From Candidatus Chisholmbacteria bacterium RIFCSPHIGHO2_01_FULL_52_32 (lineage in GTDB: Bacteria > Patescibacteriota > Microgenomatia > UBA1400 > Chisholmbacteraceae): a DNA stretch of 64,000 nucleotides. The stretch lies in NCBI GenBank assembly GCA_001816585.1, contig MHCJ01000003.1:714681-778680 (forward strand). Reading direction: 5' to 3'. This document shows positions 34,232 to 43,406 of this stretch, piece by piece (the first letter of the stretch is position 1; each line of letters begins with the position of its first letter). The notes under the pieces were generated by a model. The model saw nothing but the letters and a program-made list of their open reading frames with translations, did not search any database and was not told the DNA's origin. The position numbers and the translations under genes are program-made.

Positions 34232-35551
34232 ATGACATATCAGACTACTCCTCAATCCAAAAAAACCATTGAAGCTCTTTGGCGTTTGGAAAAAATCATC
34301 CTCAATTCTCTTGACTTTAATCAGGTTGTCAGAGAAATTGTCGATAGCGTTCTTCTGGAATTAGGATATTTGCAGTTGGGTTATGAAATCGTTGTGCTTT
34401 GTTTGATTGATCCGAAGGAACATGTTCTGCGGCGGATTTCTATCTCGCAAACTTCAAAGGCCCAGCAGGCTCTTGCGGAAAGCCCAGTACCATTCTCTGA
34501 TATTGTTATCCCTCTTTCCTACACAAAGAATTTGCTTATTCAGTCAGTCAAACAAAAATCCCCTCAAACAACTACGTCTTGGGCAGATGTCCTCACCCCG
34601 GCTCTGCCGCCTGATGAATGCATACGCATTCAAGCGCTTGTCGGTATTAAGGCAAGTTTGATTCTGCCTGTTCTTTCCCGAAATAAAGCGATTGGGGCTC
34701 TCATTTTTAGCATGAGTAAACCCTTATCGCGTGTTACTCCAGATGAGCGGGATCTCATACGAAGCTTCTCGGACATCGTCGGTCTCGCTGTCCAAAATGC
34801 TTCCCTCTACTCTCAGACAGAACGGGCAAATTTGAAACTCAAACGCGCAAACCGCAAACTCGTTCACCTAGACAAACTTAAGGATGAATTTGTGTTCATT
34901 GCCACCCATGAGCTGAAAAATCCAGTCACTGCGATGCGCGGATATCTCTCAATGGTCGAGGGCGGTGTCTATGGTTCAACTCCTCCAAAACTCAAGAAAG
35001 TTCTGGAACAACTTAATGCGAGTAATCAACAGCTCGTCCAGCTCGTCAACGACCTCCTGCAAATTGCACGCGCGGAAGCCAAGACCATTAAAATCAAGAC
35101 GCAGCCAACTGACCTTTCTCAATCCGTTACTGAAACCCTGGAATCGCTGAAGCCTTTAGCTGATCAGAAAAAGCTGGCGCTTGTTCACGACAGTACAATC
35201 AACATAAAAGTGATGGCTGATGACTCCCGACTGAAAGAAATCCTTAACAATCTCGTCAGCAATGCCATTAAATACTCCAACCGCGGGACGATCACCGTTT
35301 CGCATCGTCTCGAGGATTCCACCGTTACCACCCAAGTTTCCGATCGGGGCGTTGGTATTTCTGAAGCTGATCAAAAACGGCTGTTTACGCGCTTCTTCCG
35401 ATCTGAAGAAAAAACCGTCCGTGATATCCCGGGAACCGGCCTGGGACTATTCATCGTGAAACAGATTGTGGAGAAAATGGGTGGCAAGATCTGGTTTGAG
35501 TCTCAATTGGGCAAGGGTTCGACCTTCAGCTTTTCTCTTCCTTCCGCTTAA
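34232..35551 (+). CDS. sensor histidine kinase with GAF domain
   Basis: GAF-like N-terminus, HisKA (HELKNPVTAMRGYLSM) and HATPase_c (GTGLGLFIVKQIVEKMGG), 439 aa, no TM. Confidence 0.8.
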   Translation: MTYQTTPQSKKTIEALWRLEKIILNSLDFNQVVREIVDSVLLELGYLQLGYEIVVLCLIDPKEHVLRRISISQTSKAQQALAESPVPFSDIVIPLSYTKNLLIQSVKQKSPQTTTSWADVLTPALPPDECIRIQALVGIKASLILPVLSRNKAIGALIFSMSKPLSRVTPDERDLIRSFSDIVGLAVQNASLYSQTERANLKLKRANRKLVHLDKLKDEFVFIATHELKNPVTAMRGYLSMVEGGVYGSTPPKLKKVLEQLNASNQQLVQLVNDLLQIARAEAKTIKIKTQPTDLSQSVTETLESLKPLADQKKLALVHDSTINIKVMADDSRLKEILNNLVSNAIKYSNRGTITVSHRLEDSTVTTQVSDRGVGISEADQKRLFTRFFRSEEKTVRDIPGTGLGLFIVKQIVEKMGGKIWFESQLGKGSTFSFSLPSA

Positions 35552-35569
35552 GTAGCTTCCGTGTGGAAA

Positions 35570-35971
35570 CTATTTTTCTTGACCGGAAATCCCGCTATGG
35601 CCGTTTTCCTGCAGTATTTTCCTGATGATTTCAACAATTTGTTTTGGATCGGATTCGCTCTTATGAATAATCTTTACAGCTCCTTTTGCACTCGCCAGGT
35701 CCGTTTCATGCTGGTCTGATAAATTTGTCAGAATCACCACAGGGATTTTTTTTGTTTTTGGTTCTGCTTTCAACTGGTCCAGGACTTCTAGACCGCTCAT
35801 CTTCGGCAGCATCAGGTCTAAAAGAATAAGGGAAGGATTACCTGATTTTGCCTTCTCCAAACCTTCTTCACCATTTGAAGCAGTATCTACATCGAACTTC
35901 TCGAATGCGAAAATCTTTTGATGCATTCTTGAGACAAGCGGATCGTCTTCGATAATCAGTATTTTTGCCAT
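35570..35971 (-). CDS. single-domain response regulator
   Basis: MAKILIIEDDPLVSRMHQ..LILLDLMLPKMSG. I place the start at the internal Met because the track start at 36061 would overlap rnpB. Confidence 0.75.
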   Translation of the reverse strand: MAKILIIEDDPLVSRMHQKIFAFEKFDVDTASNGEEGLEKAKSGNPSLILLDLMLPKMSGLEVLDQLKAEPKTKKIPVVILTNLSDQHETDLASAKGAVKIIHKSESDPKQIVEIIRKILQENGHSGISGQEK

Positions 35972-36057
35972 GTTTCCTCTTTTTCTATTGTACGTTTCTC
36001 GCCTCCTCCTTGCAATAGAGTTGTTTTTGCGGCAAAATTTTGGTATATTTTCGGGTG

Positions 36058-36410
36058 CCAAGGAATCGAGGATGATGGGGTCCGACGTTAAGTCGGACTC
36101 AGGAAAGTCCAGACAGCGGAAAGCAAGGTGTTTCCCGCAAGGGGATGTCTCCCGACCTATGTCGGGGGGCCAGTTCGAGCAACAGAGACGAGTCCCCGTG
36201 AAGAATAAAACACTTCATGGGGGGTGAAACGGGCAATCCTCCCTGCTGCAACCTCCGACTGTCCCGCCTTTCGAGTTTAACTCGGAAACAAGATGCTTTC
36301 TCGATACCCCGGTTTTTATCGGGGGGCGGGACGAAGTTCGAGGGCAAAGAGAGATATCATCAGTCCGCCAACCGGCGGATCACAGAATCTGGCTTATCAT
36401 TCCTTGGTAT
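36058..36410 (+). ncRNA. rnpB: RNase P RNA, bacterial type A
   Basis: P4 strands AGGAAAGTCCAGAC and CACAGAATCTGGCTTATC, a P3 hairpin GGTCCGAC-GTTAA-GTCGGACT, AGCAACAGAGA, GGGTGAAACGGG and a P1 pair CCAAGGAAT/ATTCCTTGG. A TGGTATATT extended -10 lies ~8 nt upstream. Confidence 0.8.
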
Positions 36411-36417
36411 TGACTGG

Positions 36418-36445
36418 CCATTTCTTTGCTTGTCCAAAGAAATGG
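36418..36445 (+). other. perfect 11-bp hairpin immediately 3' of rnpB (CCATTTCTTTG-cttgtc-CAAAGAAATGG)
   Basis: Read directly from the sequence. No U-tract follows, so it may be a processing or termination structure. Confidence 0.4.
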
Positions 36446-36678
36446 TCGAAAGAAAAGACACGCTTGGAACTTTTCTTCAGGCCTCGGTTCGCTCAGAGTT
36501 ATGTCATCCAACTCCTTCGGGATAAACCCTCGTCAAGCAGTCGATGACCTTTCAATGGAATTCGCTCACCTTCGTCTTGAGTAAAAGTTCCAAAGCGATT
36601 TCAGAGAGTTTTATGAGGTGTGTTCACGTAGTTTGTTCTTGACCAAGTCTGACTTGGTTCTTGACTATATCGGGAGTT

Positions 36679-37677
36679 TCACGTTTTTCGGAAGCGGTCT
36701 GAAGTATATATCTCTTCGACAATAATCCGCAGGATAAGGTACCCGGGTACTGCCAAAATAGCTCCTAAAACGCCCGCGAGTTTTACTCCAGTCATCAGGG
36801 CAATAATGGTCACCAGCGGTTTCACTCCTACGGCTTTCTGCATGACCTTCGGGACAATAATATTGTTCTCAAACTGTTGGACTAAGAAGAAGAGGGCGAC
36901 GGTTGCGAGGGCAGTTATCGGGGAGGCTGCAAGGGCAACCAACACGGCAGGAATCATAGAAACCGTGGGACCAATATTGGGTATAATCTCAAGAATCCCG
37001 GCAAGAATTGATAGCGGAAGAGCATAGTTGACCCCGAGTATCCGGAGGCCGACATAGGTGAAAAGCCCGATTAAGGCCATCAGTGTTAATTGCCCGCGCA
37101 CCCAGCTTCCGATTCCGTGTTCAAGCTTGTTTACGAATTCTTCCGCCTTTTCCTCCGTCCCGTCGTTTCCGAAGAGAAAGATCAAGTATCGATGGAGGTT
37201 TGCCCGTTCGGACAAAAGGTAGAAGGTCACCACCAAAAGCGTAAATACTGCAATAATGTTTGAGAACGCCCCGATGATAATGCGGGCGATATTTTTCGGA
37301 ATGGGCCCAAGTTGGTCGCTTAATACCCGCTGGTCAATCTTTAAGCCGCCTAGACTCTGGACGATCGCGGGGAATTGATCGATGAGGCTTTTCGTCTGAT
37401 CGACCAGTGGAGGGATAATCGCGGCGATAACCCCTGATAGGCCGATGACTATAATGATGAAAAGAAGCAAAATCGCCACCGGCCGCGGCAACCTTCTTTT
37501 TTCTAAAAAGGTCACTAAGGGGTTAAGCGCGAACATCAGGATTGAAGCAATGAGGATTGCTAAGAGGACTGCCCGAATGGAATACAGAAACCAGAGAAAC
37601 AACAGGAAGACAACCGTGAAGACTATCGTCCGATGGGAAACCTCAACCCGTGTTGGTATTATTGTCGGAGTTTTCAT
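36679..37677 (-). CDS. AI-2E family transporter (PerM/UPF0118)
   Basis: 332 aa, ~8 TM segments, AI-2E-like topology and motifs. Confidence 0.7.
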   Translation of the reverse strand: MKTPTIIPTRVEVSHRTIVFTVVFLLFLWFLYSIRAVLLAILIASILMFALNPLVTFLEKRRLPRPVAILLLFIIIVIGLSGVIAAIIPPLVDQTKSLIDQFPAIVQSLGGLKIDQRVLSDQLGPIPKNIARIIIGAFSNIIAVFTLLVVTFYLLSERANLHRYLIFLFGNDGTEEKAEEFVNKLEHGIGSWVRGQLTLMALIGLFTYVGLRILGVNYALPLSILAGILEIIPNIGPTVSMIPAVLVALAASPITALATVALFFLVQQFENNIIVPKVMQKAVGVKPLVTIIALMTGVKLAGVLGAILAVPGYLILRIIVEEIYTSDRFRKT

Positions 37678-38672
37678 CGTATTATGAGTTTACTATACCA
37701 TTCCCGTACCAGGCCCACAACTCTCTTTTGCCAATTCGTTTCGGTGATGTCATACCATCTGACCGCTTGATCTTTTTTAAACCAGGTAAGCTGCCGGCGT
37801 GCATAATCATGTTCATCGAATTTCCAGCGTCTGGCTACTTCTTCCCTTGTTGTCGTGCCCTCGAAATATGGTTTCCAGTGCCGGTATCCCATCCCCGACA
37901 TGGAGATCAAATCGAATGTATAGCCCTGTTTAATTAATTGTCTTACCTCATTTTTTGCGCCTTGTTTTATTCTTACGTCCACCCGTTCGCCGATTCGTTT
38001 ATCAAGAAGCGGCTTTGGGGCTTTCAATCCGATTTTGAGGATTGAGGTTTCCGCAAGCAGCGTTTCTTTCTCACCTCCCGCAAGCGTCTTGTTTACTTTT
38101 GTGTTGTTTCGCGCCAATTCTATAGCCCTGACGAGACGCCTTTTGTTCTGTTTGTCCGAATTGTTCATTCTATTAAAGTGTTCTTTGTCGAGATTTATCA
38201 GTCTGTGTTGAAGTTCAGTGACCGATTCTTGCTCCACCGACCTCCTCAACTTTTTATCCGGAGGAATATGGAGTGTTATCAAGGGTTCTGTGACTGCCTT
38301 CAGGTACAGGCCGGTCCCGCCGACCAAGACCGGGAGTTTGCCCTGCCTCCAAGTATTTTTTATCACCATCCAGGCAATCTCTTCAAAAAACGCTGCATTG
38401 AATACTTCATCCGGTTTTACGAGATCATAACCCCAAATTCTCACCCCACCGACTGAATAGTACCTGATCGGTTTCCCTCTCCACATGAGTTTTGAGGTTT
38501 GGGGTTTCAGATTTTTTGGGAGATCTTTCCCGGTACCAAGATCCATGCCGATATATACCTGCCTGGAGTCTGCCGAAATAAGTTCCCCATTGAATTTGTT
38601 TGCCAGGGTTAGAGCCAGGGAGGTTTTTCCGGTTGCGGTGGGACCGGCGATGATAAGAAGCTTACGGTTCAT
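37674..38672 (-). CDS. miaA: tRNA dimethylallyltransferase
   Basis: P-loop GPTATGKTSLALTLA, SADSRQVY and LVGGTGLY, 332 aa. It overlaps the miaB stop (ATGA). Confidence 0.85.
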   Translation of the reverse strand: MNRKLLIIAGPTATGKTSLALTLANKFNGELISADSRQVYIGMDLGTGKDLPKNLKPQTSKLMWRGKPIRYYSVGGVRIWGYDLVKPDEVFNAAFFEEIAWMVIKNTWRQGKLPVLVGGTGLYLKAVTEPLITLHIPPDKKLRRSVEQESVTELQHRLINLDKEHFNRMNNSDKQNKRRLVRAIELARNNTKVNKTLAGGEKETLLAETSILKIGLKAPKPLLDKRIGERVDVRIKQGAKNEVRQLIKQGYTFDLISMSGMGYRHWKPYFEGTTTREEVARRWKFDEHDYARRQLTWFKKDQAVRWYDITETNWQKRVVGLVREWYSKLIIR

Positions 38673-39835
38673 TTCACTATTTTGGGCCTGATGTTGAGGT
38701 TTTTCTTATTGATGATCTCATCCAAGATATTCCAGCGGCGGTCTTTCTCTTTGAGGGAAATACCGTCATGGTAAATCCTAAAGGATGCGGTGCCGGGGCG
38801 GGGAGAGTACCGGGCAACGAACGCGATTTTCCAACCCATCGTATTGGCAAGGCTGACTGTTTCTTGGAAATCTGTTTCTGTTTCACCCGGAAAGCCAACG
38901 ATGATATCGGTGCCAATGGCTACATCGGGAACCTTTTTGCGTAATTTTTGTACCAGATTAATATAATCTTCCTTGGTATATCCGCGATTCATTAACTTGA
39001 GTATCTTATTGCTTCCGGATTGGATTGGTAGATGGATGTATCGGTCTATTTTATTATTTCGAGCTATTTCGGCAATAAGCTCATCGTGGAAGTCCCAGGG
39101 GTTACTGGTCAGGAAACGAATCTTCTCAATACCTTTTATTTTTGCGATTCTCCGGATGAGTTTGACGAACGGCGGGGTGCCGTTGGGACGGAGATACTGG
39201 CTTTGGTTGGAGGGAAGGTCTTCTCTTTTGAACTTCTTATCCTTATCCATGAGAAGTTTTCGGAAGCCGATACCGACCTTCTCAAGACCCCAGGAGTTAA
39301 CATTCATCCCGAGGAGTGTCACTTCCCGATATCCCTCTCGAGCCAATTTTTTCACTTCACTGATAATCTCATGCATCGGTCGAGACTTTTCACGTCCCCG
39401 AGAATAGGGCACGATGCAGAAGGTGCAGAACGAATTACATCCGGTGGAAATCGGCACCCAGGCGTGGTATGTGTCCCGACGAACCGCTTGAGAATTGAAC
39501 CCTACTTCTCCGATTGGCAAAATCTCATCGATCATCGGAAACATCTCATAGATTTTACGGTCTCCGTGGTGCGTCATGCAACCCGTTAGGATAAGTTTCG
39601 CATGAGGTAACTTTAATTCGCTAAAGTATGTTTTGACATTCAAAAGAAAACCATTGGCCCGATCTTCAGCACTCTGGCGGACGGCACAGGTGTTCACCAC
39701 GATTTCATGGGCTTCCTTCCAGGAATGTGCTTCTTTATAGCCCCGTGCCTGGTAGTCTCCGGCAATCCGTTCAGAGTCGGATTTATTCATTTGACATCCA
39801 AATGTCTTAATAAAATAAGTCTTGTGGTATTTCAT
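38669..39835 (-). CDS. miaB: radical-SAM methylthiotransferase (MiaB-like), apparently lacking the C-terminal TRAM domain
   Basis: MTTase N-domain cysteines (FGCQMN, NTCAVR, LTGC) and radical SAM CNSFCTFC. The protein ends ~36 aa after the YSPRPGT motif at 388 aa. Confidence 0.75.
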   Translation of the reverse strand: MKYHKTYFIKTFGCQMNKSDSERIAGDYQARGYKEAHSWKEAHEIVVNTCAVRQSAEDRANGFLLNVKTYFSELKLPHAKLILTGCMTHHGDRKIYEMFPMIDEILPIGEVGFNSQAVRRDTYHAWVPISTGCNSFCTFCIVPYSRGREKSRPMHEIISEVKKLAREGYREVTLLGMNVNSWGLEKVGIGFRKLLMDKDKKFKREDLPSNQSQYLRPNGTPPFVKLIRRIAKIKGIEKIRFLTSNPWDFHDELIAEIARNNKIDRYIHLPIQSGSNKILKLMNRGYTKEDYINLVQKLRKKVPDVAIGTDIIVGFPGETETDFQETVSLANTMGWKIAFVARYSPRPGTASFRIYHDGISLKEKDRRWNILDEIINKKNLNIRPKIVK

Positions 39836-40017
39836 ACATTTAAATCTGCCTGCCCGTCCGAAGCTTACGATTTGCGAAACGGCTGAAAAAGCAGTCTGCG
39901 CAAAGTCGATAAGCGTAGGCGGGGCAGCCGAAGGTTTTGATGAAGTATGTTTTCACTCCGATTTTCATTGGCGCTGCGTTGTTAGTCTGCATTCGAGTCT
40001 ATTTTACCAGATCAGGA

Positions 40018-40812
40018 TCAACTCGAGGCGGAGGAATATTGGGTTAAGGCATAGTGCCAGAGTTTGAGGGAAAGCCAGAAGATAACCAGTGAGAAGATGA
40101 TGGAGAAGAGAATCCATTTCAAGGATAAGAGGGCAAGCAATGCTTTCGCCGGAAAGGTAAAAACAAGGGCTATGGGAATGACGAAGGTGAGGATGGCGCG
40201 GATGGCATCGGTGTAAATGTCGATGGGGAACCTGGCCATAGTGGTAAGATCCCGATAAATCATGATTGTATGATCGACTTCTGTGGTGATAACACCTAAG
40301 GCTGCCACAAAAATATGGAAGGCTGTTACTAAGATTATCCCGCTGATACTTACCACTGCAAAGGCGAAGAGGTTTATGAGCGGAAGAGCAACGATATACT
40401 TTCCCAACACTGCAATGACAATAAAAAACAGCGGGAGATCGAGAAAATCGGTATGGACTGTGAGGATTTGGACCAGTGGGTTTATCGGTTTTATCAAATT
40501 AAAGTCGAAATTTCCGGAAACCACGTCCTCCCTAAACCAGTAGATTCCTCGGAAGAATAATTGGCCGAAGAGATCAAAAACATTGAACACCAAGAAGAAA
40601 AGTATTAATTGGCTGAGGGTGTATCCGGCAACCTTTTCAATTCGATCTTCCAGGATGATCAAAAACCAGATGAAGAAGAAAAAACGTATCAGCTTCCCGG
40701 CGATGAATATTGCCGATGCCCCACGGGTTGAGATGACCGCTTGAAAGGAAAGGCCTGATGTTTTAAACCAAAAAATGAGATACTTTTTCCAGTTCATTGA
40801 TCGTTCCTTCAA
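40018..40812 (-). CDS. ABC-2 family transporter permease
   Basis: 264 aa polytopic, downstream of the ATPase and a paralogous permease. Confidence 0.6.
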   Translation of the reverse strand: MKERSMNWKKYLIFWFKTSGLSFQAVISTRGASAIFIAGKLIRFFFFIWFLIILEDRIEKVAGYTLSQLILFFLVFNVFDLFGQLFFRGIYWFREDVVSGNFDFNLIKPINPLVQILTVHTDFLDLPLFFIVIAVLGKYIVALPLINLFAFAVVSISGIILVTAFHIFVAALGVITTEVDHTIMIYRDLTTMARFPIDIYTDAIRAILTFVIPIALVFTFPAKALLALLSLKWILFSIIFSLVIFWLSLKLWHYALTQYSSASS

Positions 40813-40815
40813 TGG

Positions 40816-41622
40816 TCATCTTCCATACGCGCCGTACACCTTCAAACCCTTCCGCCAGACAAACTGAGAAAGTTCAGCAAGAATGAGTACCCATACCACC
40901 ATGATTGCCAATGTGCCTGCCGTCTGTTGAGCATTCAAACGGCCCAGATAGATTTGCATCGGGTAAAAGAGGAAGTACGCCGGAGGCAGCAGGCGAACTA
41001 CGTTGTAGGCAGCGGGAGGAAGGATGTCAAGCGGGAACAAACCGCCCGAGAAGAATTCTATTATTACCATGGAGAGAAATCTCAAGGGCCAGCCGGAATA
41101 CTCCACATACCAGAACGTGACTGAACTTACCAGAAAGCTCAGGAAAAAATAGATCAGCATTGCCAGAATGCCGGCAATAGTAAACGCCAATACCTGCATC
41201 GGTTGATTTTGTATGAATACTGTCGGTTTGAGCAGATAAAAAAGCACGATCAGCTCCCCTATCACGAAGATGAGATTCAATGCCTTATCAGCCAGATCAC
41301 GAGATAACCAGTTGGCAAAATAGTTCACCGGTTTCACCAGGTAGTTATTGAGATCTCCCTTGGCGATTTCGGAAGCAGCATCCACGCTTCGTGATCCAAG
41401 AACAAAGGATCGCAGGATTGACGTCCCTAAAATATAGGTTAAGATCATCGGCTGGTCATAGCCAAACGCCGTTCCCCCTCTTTTGAAGATTGCCACCCAG
41501 AGAAAGTAGACGGCCAAAAGCTGCAGCACCGAGCGCACGCGCCACATGATGAAGTTTAAGCGGTAGACGAAGCTGTCCATCCAGCTTATTTTGGCAATGG
41601 CTATGTACTTCTTCAGCCTCAT
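40816..41622 (-). CDS. ABC-2 family transporter permease
   Basis: 268 aa polytopic. It overlaps the ATPase stop. Confidence 0.6.
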   Translation of the reverse strand: MRLKKYIAIAKISWMDSFVYRLNFIMWRVRSVLQLLAVYFLWVAIFKRGGTAFGYDQPMILTYILGTSILRSFVLGSRSVDAASEIAKGDLNNYLVKPVNYFANWLSRDLADKALNLIFVIGELIVLFYLLKPTVFIQNQPMQVLAFTIAGILAMLIYFFLSFLVSSVTFWYVEYSGWPLRFLSMVIIEFFSGGLFPLDILPPAAYNVVRLLPPAYFLFYPMQIYLGRLNAQQTAGTLAIMVVWVLILAELSQFVWRKGLKVYGAYGR

Positions 41623-42623
41623 TTCGGTTTTTGGAAAGGTTTCATCCTACCGGTGAAGACCTCGCGGATGATCGCTTCAATCGGTGGCTCTTCGATCACT
41701 ACGTCTGCAACAGGGAATTCTTCGAGAAGTTTCGCAGCCTTTTTGGCGGCCTCCGTTCTCGGAACTGTCAACTGTGCTTTCGGAAACTCGTACTCGCGAA
41801 TGTTTCCGAATTCCGCCAATTTCCTCTGATCGATGCTGCTTGAAAATACCACGGTGATGATTTTCTCGCGCGCAAATCGGTTGACAACTTCCTGCAGCTT
41901 CCCGTCATAGAGGATGGTCCCTTCATTGATGATAATGACCCGCTCACACAGCTCCCGTACATCATCCATGTAGTGGCTTGTCAAGATGATGGTCGCCTTG
42001 AATTCCCGATTGTATTCCTTAATGAAATCGCGCATCACCTTTTGCATGACGACATCGAGTCCGATAGTTGGCTCATCCAGGAAGAGGACTTTGGGACTAT
42101 GGAGGAGGGCTGCGATAAGTTCGCATTTCATCCGTTGTCCCAACGATAGTTTTCTTACTTGCGTTTTTAAAATGCCGCCCACATCGAGAAGTCTGACCAA
42201 ACGCTTGAGCGTCTGTTGAAATTGTCCATCGGGGACCTCATAGATTTCCTTATTCAAGGTGAATGTTTCCATCGGCGGCAAGTCCCACCACAGCTGATTC
42301 TTCTGGCCCATGACCAGTCCGAATTGTTTTTGAAATTCCGGCCGCCTCTCCCATGGAATGAACCCGAGCACCCTGGCTTCACCGGAAGTCGGATAGAGAA
42401 GTCCTGACAGGCATTTCAGCGTCGTTGTCTTTCCGGCCCCGTTCGGGCCGATAAAACCCACGAGTTCCCCTTCTCTAATCGTGAAGTCAATATTATTTAT
42501 TGCCTGTACCTCTTCGTATTTCCGTGCGATGAGGGATTTGAAAGACCCGACGAGGCCCGTTTCCTTCTGCAAAACTTTGAAGTACTTTTTCAAATGGCGC
42601 ACTTCAATCGCGTTTTTCCCCAT
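41619..42623 (-). CDS. ABC transporter ATP-binding protein
   Basis: Walker A GPNGAGKTTT, signature LSLGQRMKC and Walker B LFLDEPT, 334 aa. Confidence 0.85.
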   Translation of the reverse strand: MGKNAIEVRHLKKYFKVLQKETGLVGSFKSLIARKYEEVQAINNIDFTIREGELVGFIGPNGAGKTTTLKCLSGLLYPTSGEARVLGFIPWERRPEFQKQFGLVMGQKNQLWWDLPPMETFTLNKEIYEVPDGQFQQTLKRLVRLLDVGGILKTQVRKLSLGQRMKCELIAALLHSPKVLFLDEPTIGLDVVMQKVMRDFIKEYNREFKATIILTSHYMDDVRELCERVIIINEGTILYDGKLQEVVNRFAREKIITVVFSSSIDQRKLAEFGNIREYEFPKAQLTVPRTEAAKKAAKLLEEFPVADVVIEEPPIEAIIREVFTGRMKPFQKPK

Positions 42624-42671
42624 GAAGTTTATTCTACCATGAAGCTTGACGGACTTTGGGGATGCAGGGAG

Positions 42672-42830
42672 AGACAGAAAGGAGGGTTAGAGGAGCTTTG
42701 AAGGTTTGGGGGGGTTCCCCAGTGAGATAGGCAAGCCATCTCACGGGGTCAGAGAGAAGTTAAGGGTGATTAAGGGTAGTTAAGGGTCAATAAGGGTGAC
42801 TAAGGGTGTGGAGGAAGGATTCCACAAAGG
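42672..42830 (+). repeat. repeat element copy 3: partial octamer units, conserved hairpin (42717-42751), then five phased TAAGGGT units
   Basis: ccccagtgagatag-gcaagc-catctcacggggtcagagagaag, then ttaagggtgattaagggtagttaagggtcaataagggtgactaagggtgtggaggaagg. The unit spacing is ~10-11 bp. Confidence 0.85.
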
Positions 42831-42836
42831 GGGGGC

Positions 42837-43112
42837 TCACCACACGGCTTTTCTGAGTGGTTTTCCCGGACGGAAGTTGACGACGCGGTGGGATTTAATG
42901 GTTGTCCGGCGCTCCTCTTGGCCGAAGGGAACAATTGTTTTGTCCGCAACTTTTGAGAGGTAAAACGTGCCGAATCCCGAAAGCACCACTCGTTCCCCTT
43001 TCTTGATCGCTTTGGACATTTCCTCAAGCAATACATCAATTGACTCAGCCGCAGCTTTCTTTGTCAAATGGCCTTTCTTGGAAACGATGTCGACGAACTC
43101 TTTTTTCGTCAT
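42837..43112 (-). CDS. hup: DNA-binding protein HU
   Basis: 91 aa with the HU fold signature (GFGTF...R..R.GRNP-like arm region). Confidence 0.85.
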   Translation of the reverse strand: MTKKEFVDIVSKKGHLTKKAAAESIDVLLEEMSKAIKKGERVVLSGFGTFYLSKVADKTIVPFGQEERRTTIKSHRVVNFRPGKPLRKAVW

Positions 43113-43261
43113 GGCGCTCCTGACAGATTAGTAATAAAAAACTAAAAGAATACGGAGAACAGTAATAATTTTCTCAAACAGAAATCATGAGTATAGTATT
43201 CACTTTTAACCTATACATCAAGCTAAACTGCAAGTCAATGGGGGAATGGGAAGAGCATTAG

Positions 43262-43400
43262 CGTTTAGCGTCTAGGGTTTAGGGTATAGGGTATAGAGAG
43301 AGGAGGAGAGAGGGGGAGGTTAGAGGATATTAGAGGAGGGAGGTTAAGGGTCGATAAGGGTGACTAAGGGTGTGGAGAGAAGGGTTCCGCAAAACGGGGT
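43262..43400 (+). repeat. repeat element copy 4: GGGTTTAGGGTATAGGGTATAG, then TTAGAGG units, then a ~75-nt block homologous to 42760-42836
   Basis: ...ttaagggtcgataagggtgactaagggtgtggagagaagggttccgcaaaacgggg closely matches ttaagggtcaataagggtgactaagggtgtggaggaaggattccacaaaggggggg in copy 3. Confidence 0.85.
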
Positions 43401-43406
43401 CGCGGC

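Noticed and set aside
35972-36061. ORF-track start of the response regulator at 36061 (N-terminal 30 aa MAPENIPKFCRKNNSIARRRRETYNRKRGN)
   Set aside because: The extension would overlap the 5' end and promoter of rnpB. Receiver domains begin at the conserved MAKILIIEDD, and the internal ATG at ~35971 gives a normal 133-aa CheY-like protein.
36636-36665. Palindrome CCAAGTC-T-GACTTGG as an operator for the AI-2E transporter
   Set aside because: It lies 3' of the transporter gene, downstream of its stop at 36679 on the minus strand, not upstream of any start. I retain it only as a possible terminator or processing hairpin with uncertain function.
43262-43290. Telomere-like TTTAGGG and TTAGGG repeats
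   Set aside because: This is a bacterial context with short arrays internal to a gene-dense region. I treat the resemblance to eukaryotic telomeric repeats as coincidental, although the G-run spacing is still noted for G4 potential.
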